Shown: positions 46,842 through 55,145 of the stretch, one piece after another
Layout: each line of letters starts with the position of its first letter
How positions within the stretch are numbered: the first letter of the stretch is position 1
DNA from: an uncultured Collinsella sp.
GTDB lineage: Bacteria; Actinomycetota; Coriobacteriia; Coriobacteriales; Coriobacteriaceae
Direction of reading: 5' to 3'
Assembly: GCA_905208975.1 (NCBI GenBank)
Contig: CAJLRE010000001.1
Coordinates: forward strand, 1,689-65,688
Length of the DNA: 64,000 nt
Notes under the pieces: model-generated
The model's input: the letters and a program-made list of their open reading frames with translations, nothing else
What the model was told of the DNA's origin: nothing
Database searches by the model: none
Translations under genes and position numbers: made by a program

Positions 46842-46856
46842 TTGTGCGGGCGGCGG

Positions 46857-47003
46857 ATGAGCGTGGATTATGAACGGTCGGATATCGAGCGTGGATATTT
46901 GGACGGTTTTTGGGCTTTTGGCGGCCGATTTCGTCCGAAAATCCACGCTCATGCGGCAGACGTCCGAATTTCCACGCTCGTGTGCCAGAAAATCCACGCT
47001 CGT
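46857..47003. repeat. TCCACGCTC array A (orphan)
   Basis: GAGCGTGGA at 46859 and 46887; TCCACGCTC at 46942, 46971, 46993. Confidence 0.9.
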
Positions 47004-47091
47004 GCGGCAGATTGGTCGAAGGCCCCATATGGGTATACTCTCGGGGATTCGACTCGATTCGCCCCCGTTGGGGCGCCAAAGGAGACTGCAT

Positions 47092-50000
47092 ATGCCCACC
47101 ACCTCAACCGACCCGCGCGCCGCTGCCGCCGCGCTGCTAGTGCCCGGCACTACCTGCCACGGCTTTGCCGTCGAGCGCTGCGAGACCGTGCCCGAGCTCG
47201 ACTCGGACGCCTATGTGCTGCGCCACACCGCCTCGGGCGCTCGCCTGCTGTACCTGGCATGCGATGACGAGAACAAGGCCTTTGCCATTGGCTTTAAGAC
47301 GCCGCCGGCCGATTCCACCGGCGTGTTCCATATTCTTGAGCACTCGGTACTGTGCGGGTCGGCCAAGTTTCCCGTCAAGGAGCCGTTTGTCGACCTGATC
47401 AAGAGCTCCATGCAGACGTTTCTCAACGCCATGACCTACCCCGACAAGACCATCTACCCCGTTGCCACCACCAACGAGCAGGACCTGTACAACCTGATGG
47501 ACGTGTACCTGGACGCGGTGTTCAACCCGGCCATCTATACCAAGCCCACCATTTTTGAGCAGGAGGGCTGGCACTACGAGCTGGACCTGCCGGAGAGCGC
47601 CGAGGGCGAAGGCGACAGCAGCTCCGCGAGCCTGTGCGAGGGCACGCTGCGCTATAACGGCGTGGTGTTCAACGAGATGAAGGGCGCGCTGTCCGACCCC
47701 ATGAGCGTGCTGGACGATGCCGTCAACGCCGCGCTCTATCCCGACACCGCCTATGCGCACGAGAGCGGCGGCGACCCGCGCGCGATTCCCGCGCTCACCT
47801 ACGAGCAGTTCCTGGACACGCACGCGCGTCACTACAATCCTTCCAACTCCTACATCACGCTCTACGGCGACCTGGACGTGGACCGCGCGCTGGCTTTTTT
47901 GGACGAGTGCTATCTGTCGCAGCCGAGTGCCGCGAGCCGCCGCATGGACGCCGCCGTCGCCGCCGGCGAGGACCCGTCCACGCTGGCACCCAATCCGCTG
48001 GACGTGCAGGCGCCCGTGACCTGCGAGTATAAGCGCGTCGAGATGGCCACCACACCCGAGAACGCCCTGGTGGGCCTGGGCCTGGTGCTGGGCAGCGCGC
48101 TCGACCGCAAGCGCACGATCGCCGCGGATATCCTGTTTGAGGCACTGCTGGGCTCCAACGAAGCACCGGTTAAGAAGGCCATTCTGGCTGCCGGCCTGGG
48201 CGGCAACGTGGTGAGCTACACCGCGGCCGAGAGCCTGCAGCCCTACGAGCTCATCATGCTGCAAAACGCGCAGCCCGGCGTGGCGCGCGAACTGCGTCGC
48301 GTGTTCCAGGACGCCTGCCGCGACCTGTGCGAGCACGGCGTTCCGCGCGAGCGCCTGGAGGCCATCATCAGCAGCAACGAATACGACCTGCGCCAGCGCG
48401 ACTACGGCATCGCCGACGGCGTGGCCATTGCGTGCGACGCGCTGAGCACCTGGCTCTACGATGACGACGCCGCGACGCTGGCGCTCAAGTATGGCCCGGT
48501 GTACGAGGAGCTGCGCGGCGAGTTGGAAGGCAGCTACTTTGAGGACCTGCTGTGCGAGCTCGTGCTGGAGAACGACCACATGGCGCTGGTCGAGCTGGTG
48601 CCGGTGGATGCTGGTGCTGGCTCGGAGGGTGCCGAGGCCGCTGAGCTGGCAGCCAAGCGCGACGCCATGACCGATGCCGAGCTGGCCGACGTGGTCAAGC
48701 GCACGGCTGCGCTGCGTGCCGCGCAGGAGGCCGAGGACACGCCCGAGGACAAGGCCACGCTGCCGCGCCTGCGCGTGTCCGACATTGGCGAGGCGCGCCC
48801 CGAGCCGCCGCTGGTCGTAGACACGACCGCGCCCATCCCCTGCCTGCGCCACGGCATCCCCACCAACCGCCTGGCCTATGCCATGCAGTATTTCGACCTG
48901 CGATGCATCACGTTTGAGGACCTGCCCTACGTGACCCTGCTCTGCCGTCTACTCAAGCAGCTGCCCACACGCGAGCATTCGGCCGAGGAACTCGACAACC
49001 TGCTCGCCGGCAAGCTGGGCTTTTTGAGCTTTACGACCGAGGTCATGACGCAGCCCGACGTGGACGGCGTGCGCCCCTATCTGCTGGTGAGCGCCGGCGC
49101 CCTGTCCGAGAAGATCGACGCGCTGGCGAGCCTGCCGCGCGAGGTGTGGTCGAGTACGCTGCTGCTCGATGCCGACGCCGACCGCGTGCGCGACGTGCTC
49201 ACGCAGATTCGCATTGGGCTTGAGCAGGGCTTTATCAACAACGGCCACTCGGCGGCGCTCGGTCGCGCGATGAGCTACAGCTCGCCTTCGGCCGTGGTGC
49301 GCGAGCAGCTCTCGGGCGTGGACTTCTACCTGTTCCTGCGCAATCTGCTCGAGCACTTTGACGAGCGACTGGACAATCTGCGCGCCAAGCTTGCCGAGCT
49401 GGCAGACCGCATCTTTGTGGCCGACGGCTGCCTGGCGAGCTTTACCGGCAGCGATGAGGACTTCGATGCGTACTGGGACGCCGCGGGTAACCTGGGACTG
49501 GGCGCTGGCGATGGCGCCGGCCGCGACGCGCTCGTGGTGCCGGCGCCGCGCGACCGCCACGAGGCTTTCGTGATCCCCAGCGACATCTGCTTTGCCGCGC
49601 GTGCGTGCGATCCGCGTCGCTTGGGGCTCGACGTGACAGGCACTTGGGCCGTGGCTGCCAACGCGCTCTCCTACGACTACCTGTGGAACGAGATCCGCGT
49701 GAAGGGCGGGGCGTACGGCTGCGGATTCCGCGCGGCAGGTGAGCGTCAGGCGGCGTTCTACACCTACCGCGACCCGGCGATCGATCCTTCGATTGAGCGC
49801 GTGGAGCGCGCGGGTGCATGGCTTGGCAGCTTTGAGCCCGACGAAGCCGCCTTTGAGGGCTTTATCGTGAGCTGCGTGAGCGGCATGGACGCGCCGGTGA
49901 AGCCGTACGCGCTCACCAAGCGCCGCAACACGACCTACCTGGCCGGGCTCGATCCGCATGCGCGCGAGGAGCGTCGCGCCCAGATGCTCGCCGCCACGCC

Positions 50001-50130
50001 CGGTGAGCTGCGCTCGCTCGGCGCCGACGTGACGCGCATTGCGGCCGAGTCGCCCACCTGCGTCTTTGGCGGCCGCGACGTCATCGCCAAGAGCAACGCC
50101 GGCTTTAACGTAGTCGACCTGATGGGCTAA
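47092..50130 (+). CDS. Insulinase family M16C metallopeptidase (PreP-like)
   Basis: HILEH (HXXEH), FLNAMTYPDKTIYP, GVVFNEMKG, EIRVKGGAYG, YRDP; AAGGAG SD before ATG 47092. Confidence 0.95.
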   Translation: MPTTSTDPRAAAAALLVPGTTCHGFAVERCETVPELDSDAYVLRHTASGARLLYLACDDENKAFAIGFKTPPADSTGVFHILEHSVLCGSAKFPVKEPFVDLIKSSMQTFLNAMTYPDKTIYPVATTNEQDLYNLMDVYLDAVFNPAIYTKPTIFEQEGWHYELDLPESAEGEGDSSSASLCEGTLRYNGVVFNEMKGALSDPMSVLDDAVNAALYPDTAYAHESGGDPRAIPALTYEQFLDTHARHYNPSNSYITLYGDLDVDRALAFLDECYLSQPSAASRRMDAAVAAGEDPSTLAPNPLDVQAPVTCEYKRVEMATTPENALVGLGLVLGSALDRKRTIAADILFEALLGSNEAPVKKAILAAGLGGNVVSYTAAESLQPYELIMLQNAQPGVARELRRVFQDACRDLCEHGVPRERLEAIISSNEYDLRQRDYGIADGVAIACDALSTWLYDDDAATLALKYGPVYEELRGELEGSYFEDLLCELVLENDHMALVELVPVDAGAGSEGAEAAELAAKRDAMTDAELADVVKRTAALRAAQEAEDTPEDKATLPRLRVSDIGEARPEPPLVVDTTAPIPCLRHGIPTNRLAYAMQYFDLRCITFEDLPYVTLLCRLLKQLPTREHSAEELDNLLAGKLGFLSFTTEVMTQPDVDGVRPYLLVSAGALSEKIDALASLPREVWSSTLLLDADADRVRDVLTQIRIGLEQGFINNGHSAALGRAMSYSSPSAVVREQLSGVDFYLFLRNLLEHFDERLDNLRAKLAELADRIFVADGCLASFTGSDEDFDAYWDAAGNLGLGAGDGAGRDALVVPAPRDRHEAFVIPSDICFAARACDPRRLGLDVTGTWAVAANALSYDYLWNEIRVKGGAYGCGFRAAGERQAAFYTYRDPAIDPSIERVERAGAWLGSFEPDEAAFEGFIVSCVSGMDAPVKPYALTKRRNTTYLAGLDPHAREERRAQMLAATPGELRSLGADVTRIAAESPTCVFGGRDVIAKSNAGFNVVDLMG

Positions 50131-50135
50131 CGCAC

Positions 50136-50174
50136 AAAGGTAGATTTTTGGAACATGCCTAAAAATCTACCTTT
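50136..50174. repeat. Palindrome AAAGGTAGATTTTT-N11-AAAAATCTACCTTT, with a related inverted copy at 53674-53711
   Basis: 14-bp perfect arms directly after the peptidase stop codon. Confidence 0.7.
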
Positions 50175-50350
50175 TCTTTTGCCGCAGTCTGCCGGTTTGT
50201 CTCAATCTGTAACATCTAAGTCCATTTTTGCCGAGTTACTGTTACAGATCGAGACAAGCCGCCGCGAACACCTGCTCTTCGTCAAAGCCCACGAAGGTGT
50301 CCATGAACTGCCCCCTTTGCGATGGCTTGTGTGGTGGTTTGGGCGTTTAC

Positions 50351-50394
50351 CCAGATAAAACCTGCCAAAATAAACCTATCCCTTTTTGGCAGGT
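50351..50394. repeat. 44-bp dispersed repeat (family of 1024-1171)
   Basis: CCAGATAAAACCTGCCAAAATAAACCTATCCCTTTTTGGCAGGT; 41/44 identical to the reverse complement of 62183-62226. Confidence 0.85.
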
Positions 50395-50412
50395 TTGCTA
50401 GAGGAGGCTGGG

Positions 50413-51009
50413 ATGGACAAGGCTGAGTTGCGGCGGGTGGTGATTGCTCGGCGCGATGCTCTTGATTTGGATGTGCGGGCGGCGAAGTCTGCCGTTATCT
50501 GTGCGCGACTCGTTGAGCTGTTGGATCGCTTGGGTACTACGGCGCCGCACACCGTTGCCGTCTATGCCGCGATGGGTTCCGAGGTCGACCCAGCCGCGTT
50601 TGCCGCGGCTGCCGCCAAACGCGGCTGGCGCGTGGCCTATCCGTGCATGCTCTCGGCAACAGACGCCGCAGCTTGTGGCCAGCGCATGTGCATGCGGGCA
50701 GTTGCCGTCGGCGATGCGTCCGCGGCGCCGTTTATCGCCCACCCCACGCGGGCCTTTGCGGCCACGGACATCGACAGCAGCCGCTTCCCTATCGTGCCTG
50801 CCGAAGCTCTCGACATGATCGTCGTGCCGCTCGTAGCATTCGACCGCACCGGCACGCGCCTAGGCTACGGCGGCGGCTGCTATGACCGCTACCTGCCCAT
50901 GCTCTCGCCCGCATGCCAAATCATCGGCATCGCCTTTGACGAGCAGCGTGTCGACCACGTTCCCACCGATGCCCACGACCTGCCGCTGCCCAACATCATC
51001 AGCGCCTAA
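50413..51009 (+). CDS. 5-formyltetrahydrofolate cyclo-ligase
   Basis: MDKAELRR, SEVD, VVPLVAFD..RLGYGGGCYDRYL, DAHD. Confidence 0.92.
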   Translation: MDKAELRRVVIARRDALDLDVRAAKSAVICARLVELLDRLGTTAPHTVAVYAAMGSEVDPAAFAAAAAKRGWRVAYPCMLSATDAAACGQRMCMRAVAVGDASAAPFIAHPTRAFAATDIDSSRFPIVPAEALDMIVVPLVAFDRTGTRLGYGGGCYDRYLPMLSPACQIIGIAFDEQRVDHVPTDAHDLPLPNIISA

Positions 51010-51031
51010 CGGCTGGCACGCTGCACCCCAC

Positions 51032-51206
51032 AAAAATGAGCGTGGAAAATTTCCCACTTTGGGCCTGTTCGGGGGCAAAAAACGGGAGATTATCCACGCT
51101 CATTATTCAAACGTCCGATAATCCACGCTCGTGTGTCCGAAAATCCACGCTCAACCAAATCGCGTCTAAATTCCCACGCTCATCCGTCCGGATTTCCACG
51201 CTCGTG
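51032..51206. repeat. TCCACGCTC array B
   Basis: GAGCGTGGA at 51038; (T/C)CCACGCTC at 51093, 51122, 51144, 51173, 51195. Confidence 0.92.
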
Positions 51207-51229
51207 CAGCCTAACGCCCTGCCACCGCC

Positions 51230-52192
51230 TCAGCATGCACGCGGCACGCCGGCAACCTTGAGCTTGCGATCGAGCTTTGTCGGGTCCCTTAGATCATCCC
51301 AGCACAAGCGCACAATCTTACAGTTATCGAGCAGCGAAAGCCTCGACTCGCGCTGGCGCTCATCAAATTGCGCCTTTGCAAGCTTGCCCTCCTCCGCCGC
51401 CTTCTCGCTTTTAACGAATCCGTCGAACTCCCCAATAATCAACCGGTCACCCACGCGCCACAAATAGTCAACGCGATACGGCCTTCCCGGCTCAACCGGA
51501 TCGAACAGCTCAACTTGCAGCTCCGGAACCTGCCAGCCTCGTTCGATCATCAGCGCCCGCGCCTTGGACTCGCCGCCGCTTTCCGACAGGCCGTCGGCAC
51601 ACCGTGCAACCCTGCGCGCCGTCACAACACCGCGGCGATTCAAGCCGAGCTTGTTAACTGCCTCAATGAGATGTTCCTTCGACAAAAGCTGCTCATGGAG
51701 CGCCGAGTCCGCAATGATCAGCCCTTCGACAAACGATGCATCGACCAGGCAATCCGCAATCGTTTGATCGATATCGGTCACGGCAATATCCATCTCGCTG
51801 GCCCGTGTCCGATAAGCATACCGATGGCGAACGACTTGAGAGCCTGGCGTCGTCGATTGCGCCGGCATCGCGGCGATATGGATGTGCGTCAAATTGGCAT
51901 GCGAAACCGAAAGACCATAGACAACGGCCGCCGTATAGGAGCAAAACGTCCAGTCGGGGTGCTTTTGCGCAAGCGCCCGCACCCGATGCAGATAACGCTG
52001 CCGAAACTTGAGCTCGGACCAGTATTCCGGACGCGCATACAGTCCCGGCATGACCACTTCGAGACTTCCCGCCGCCACCCGCCGCTCAATCTGCTTTGCC
52101 TCCGCCGTCGTGCGCGCGTACACGCAGCTCATCTGCTGCTCGCACGCTTTAATGTGGCCTGTAAGTCTTTGATTCGCCGTCGCGTTTGCCAT
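51230..52192 (-). CDS. Stand-alone AbiEi-like protein with a C-terminal Vsr/DUF559-like PD-(D/E)XK nuclease domain
   Basis: PGLY, CSYTAAVVYGL, TDIDQTIADC, SESGGES, PELQ, RVDYLW, GEFDG..K, ERQRE, VRLCWDDL; GGAGG SD before ATG 52192. Confidence 0.8.
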   Translation of the reverse strand: MANATANQRLTGHIKACEQQMSCVYARTTAEAKQIERRVAAGSLEVVMPGLYARPEYWSELKFRQRYLHRVRALAQKHPDWTFCSYTAAVVYGLSVSHANLTHIHIAAMPAQSTTPGSQVVRHRYAYRTRASEMDIAVTDIDQTIADCLVDASFVEGLIIADSALHEQLLSKEHLIEAVNKLGLNRRGVVTARRVARCADGLSESGGESKARALMIERGWQVPELQVELFDPVEPGRPYRVDYLWRVGDRLIIGEFDGFVKSEKAAEEGKLAKAQFDERQRESRLSLLDNCKIVRLCWDDLRDPTKLDRKLKVAGVPRAC

Positions 52193-52483
52193 GTCGCCTC
52201 CCAACTCTTGGAACGGCGCCAACGTACCAGACGGTTTCATGCGAAGTCTGACCAAATGCTGTCCAGCAGCTGACCAAATGCTTGACGGTTTTGGATGTTT
52301 TAGGCCAATGCTCCATATCTGCAGGTAGAACGGTTGTCGAGAGGTCCCTGTCTCCACATTTTGAGCCTCAAAAGCCACCGACTTCATTGAAAGAAAATAT
52401 GCTGTGGCTCGAAACTACCTAGTTTGCGATGTAGTCCGCATGTACTCAACGTGTGATGATGCCGACGGTACGGCAGCTGCAGA

Positions 52484-52606
52484 AAAAATGAGCGTGGAAA
52501 ATCTCCCGCTTTGAGACCCCTTGTGAGCCAAAAACGGGAGATTATCCACGCTCACGTTGCAAACGTCCGATTATCCACGCTCGTGTGTCCGGATTTCCAC
52601 GCTCGT
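52484..52606. repeat. TCCACGCTC array C
   Basis: GAGCGTGGA at 52490; TCCACGCTC at 52545, 52574, 52596. Confidence 0.92.
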
Positions 52607-52647
52607 CACGCGGCGGCCACGGCGGCAGTCACGGCCACGGCCGCGAC

Positions 52648-53574
52648 CTAGTGCTCCTCGCCGGCGCGGGCCAGGTCGTAGGGCGTGGTTTGGTAGACGT
52701 AGTAGTTGAGCCAGTTGGTGTAGAGCAGCTGAGCCTGGCTGCGCCAGACGTTGCGCGGCTCGGCAGCGGGATCGTCGCCCGGGAAGTAATGCGCCGGCAC
52801 CTGAGGGTTGAGCCCGCGCTTCACGTCGCGCTCGTACTCCAGGCGCAATGTGTCGGTATCGTACTCGGGATGGCCAAAGACAAAGAAGCGACGACTGTCG
52901 GTCGACTTGACAATGTACAGGCCCACCTCGTCGGACACGGCCACGACCTCAAGCTGCGGCTCGGCCTCCACGTCCTCGCGGCGCACATCGGTGTTGCGCG
53001 AATGCACGGCATAAAAACGGTCGTCAAAGCCGCGGACCAGCGGGCTTTGCGGCTTCACCAGATAATGCTCAAATACGCCGCTCGCCTTTGCCGGCAGGTC
53101 GTACTTCTGGATACCGTAATGATGGTAGAGCCCCGCCTGCGCGCCCCAACAAATGTGCAGCGTGGAGTGCACGTGCGTGGTGGACCAATCCATGATCTGG
53201 CAGAGCTCGGGCCAGTAGTCGACCTCCTCGAACGGCATCTGCTCCACCGGCGCGCCCGTGATGATCAGGCCGTCGTAGTGGATGTCGCGGATGTCGTCGA
53301 ACGTGCGGTAAAACGTCTCCAGGTGGCCGGCGCTCACGTGGGTGGCCTCGTGCGTCTTGGTACGCAGCAGGTCCACCTCCACCTGCAGCGGCGTGTTGGA
53401 GAGCTTGCGCATGATCTGCGTCTCGGTGGCGATTTTGGTGGGCATGAGGTTGAGGATGAGCACGCGCAGCGGACGGATGTCCTGGTGCAGCGCGCGGTAC
53501 TCGGTCATGACAAAGATGTTCTCGCTCTCGAGCTGCGCGGCGGCAGGGAGGGCGTCGGGGATGCGAATGGGCAT
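52648..53574 (-). CDS. metA: Homoserine O-acyltransferase (MetA family)
   Basis: [42 protein letters not shown]. Confidence 0.96.
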   Translation of the reverse strand: MPIRIPDALPAAAQLESENIFVMTEYRALHQDIRPLRVLILNLMPTKIATETQIMRKLSNTPLQVEVDLLRTKTHEATHVSAGHLETFYRTFDDIRDIHYDGLIITGAPVEQMPFEEVDYWPELCQIMDWSTTHVHSTLHICWGAQAGLYHHYGIQKYDLPAKASGVFEHYLVKPQSPLVRGFDDRFYAVHSRNTDVRREDVEAEPQLEVVAVSDEVGLYIVKSTDSRRFFVFGHPEYDTDTLRLEYERDVKRGLNPQVPAHYFPGDDPAAEPRNVWRSQAQLLYTNWLNYYVYQTTPYDLARAGEEH

Positions 53575-53785
53575 GGATGCTCCTTACGAGTCAGTTGCAG
53601 CTATGGTACAACGAGCGGCCCCATCCGCGCGAGCACATCGCCCGGCGATGTCGCCAGCGGCCCAAATCACTCCAAAAGTAGAGATTAAAGCATGTCCCAA
53701 AAATCTACTTCGCTTTAGCCTAGCAAAGTGACGGCAGGAGGCTACAATGGTTCGACGCGAGAAACTCGGCCGAAAGGATACATAT

Positions 53786-54763
53786 ATGTACCAGACGCGT
53801 AAGATCGGTGTGGTCGGCCAGGGCCACGTAGGAGCACATGTCGCCAACAGCCTGCTCATGCAGGGCATTGCCGATGAGCTGTACCTGTGCGATATCAACG
53901 AGACCAAGGTGACATCCGAGGTCCAGGACCTGCGCGACTCCCTTTCGTTTGTCCCGTACAACACCAAGATCGTCAACTGCTACGACCACTACGAGGAGCT
54001 GGCCTGCTGCGACGTCATCGTCAACGCTGCCGGCAAGGTCGCGCTGGCCGCCGGCAACCGCGACGGTGAGCTGTTCTTTACCACCGACGCCGCCCGCACC
54101 TTTGCCAAGCGCATCGTCGACGCCGGCTTTGACGGCATCTTCGTGAGCATCTCCAACCCCTGCGACGTCGTGTGCACCGAGCTGTGGCACCTGACCGGCT
54201 ACGATCCCAAGAAGATCATCGGCTCGGGCTGCGGTCTGGACTCCGCCCGCCTGCGCACCGAGATCTCCAAGAAGGTCGGTGTGAGCCCCAAGTCCATCGA
54301 CGCCTACATGATCGGCGAGCATGGCTTTAGCCAGCTGGCCGCCTTTAAGGCCGCAACCATCGCCGGCAAGAGCCTCAACGAGCTTCAGGCCGAAAACCCC
54401 GACAAGTACGCCTTTGACCACATGGAGGTCGAGGAGCTCGCGCGCAAGGGCGGCTATGTGACCTACCAGGGCAAGCAGTGCACCGAGTACGCCGTCGCCA
54501 ACTCCGCTGCGCGTGTCTGCGCCGCCGTGCTGCACAACGAGCATGCCGTGCTTTCGGCCTCCACGCTCATGACCGGCCAGTATGGCGAGGAGGGCATCTT
54601 CACCTCCCTGCCGTGCGTGATCGGCGCCGAGGGCGTCGAGGAGGTCTACACGCTCGACCTTTCCGAGCACGAGCTCGAGGGCTTCCACAAGAGCTGCCAG
54701 CACATTCGCGACAACATCGCCCAGCTCGACTGGTGGGATGCCGAGGCCTACGACGCAAAGTAG
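53786..54763 (+). CDS. LDH/MDH-superfamily L-2-hydroxyacid dehydrogenase
   Basis: GVVGQGHVG, ISNPCD, GSGCGLDSARLR, IGEHG. Substrate loop is non-canonical. Confidence 0.88.
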   Translation: MYQTRKIGVVGQGHVGAHVANSLLMQGIADELYLCDINETKVTSEVQDLRDSLSFVPYNTKIVNCYDHYEELACCDVIVNAAGKVALAAGNRDGELFFTTDAARTFAKRIVDAGFDGIFVSISNPCDVVCTELWHLTGYDPKKIIGSGCGLDSARLRTEISKKVGVSPKSIDAYMIGEHGFSQLAAFKAATIAGKSLNELQAENPDKYAFDHMEVEELARKGGYVTYQGKQCTEYAVANSAARVCAAVLHNEHAVLSASTLMTGQYGEEGIFTSLPCVIGAEGVEEVYTLDLSEHELEGFHKSCQHIRDNIAQLDWWDAEAYDAK

Positions 54764-54807
54764 TTCGCCGGTTGACGCGGCAACGCGCTCATAACGGACG
54801 CAATGCA

Positions 54808-54850
54808 GGGCGGGCCGTGCCGGAAATCCCCGGCACGGCCCGCTTTTTTG
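54808..54850 (+). terminator. Intrinsic terminator
   Basis: GCGGGCCGTGCCGG-AAATCC-CCGGCACGGCCCGC followed by TTTTTT. Confidence 0.85.
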
Positions 54851-54881
54851 GCTCACGCGACACGCTCGCAGATTCAGGTCT

Positions 54882-55048
54882 AATACTTTTCCCGCAAAGT
54901 GAGCGAGCAAAATCGGACCCCCGAAGCATCGACACTTTTCAGCTGCTATTTCCTGCGGTTTCATCGAGATTTTCCTGCGGTTTTGGCGCCAAAAAGTGCG
55001 GATGCTTCAGGGGTCCAAAATAGGTCGTTCACTTCTGGGGAAAGTATT
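54882..55048. repeat. MITE-like element with ~57-bp imperfect terminal inverted repeats
   Basis: AATACTTTTCCC..GGACCCCCGAAGCATCGACACTTTT (54882-54939) versus AAAAGTGCGGATGCTTCAGGGGTCC..GGGGAAAGTATT (54992-55048). Internal TTTCCTGCGGTTT occurs twice. Confidence 0.7.
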
Positions 55049-55145
55049 TGACTTCGTTATCAGACAGCTGGGACGGGGTGCCGCGACGCAAACGGGACCC
55101 TCGTTTGGTGAAGGCCCCGTCGTAAAAGATTGCTTTCCCAGCTAC

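Noticed and set aside
41724..46850. Prophage or ICE integrated at tRNA-Val
   Set aside because: No integrase, phage or conjugation genes, and no attR copy of the tRNA 3' end found.
50242..50304. 20-aa minus-strand mini-ORF MDTFVGFDEEQVFAAACLDL with a G-rich SD
   Set aside because: Too short to support, and its 3' end lies inside an inverted repeat; it may be a gene remnant but cannot be verified here.
51032..51206. CRISPR array interpretation of the TCCACGCTC repeats
   Set aside because: Units are only 9-18 bp, spacers are short and partly conserved, orientation is mixed, and no cas genes are present.
51230..52192. Complete type IV AbiE toxin-antitoxin system
   Set aside because: No AbiEii nucleotidyltransferase gene is adjacent; the neighbours are housekeeping genes.
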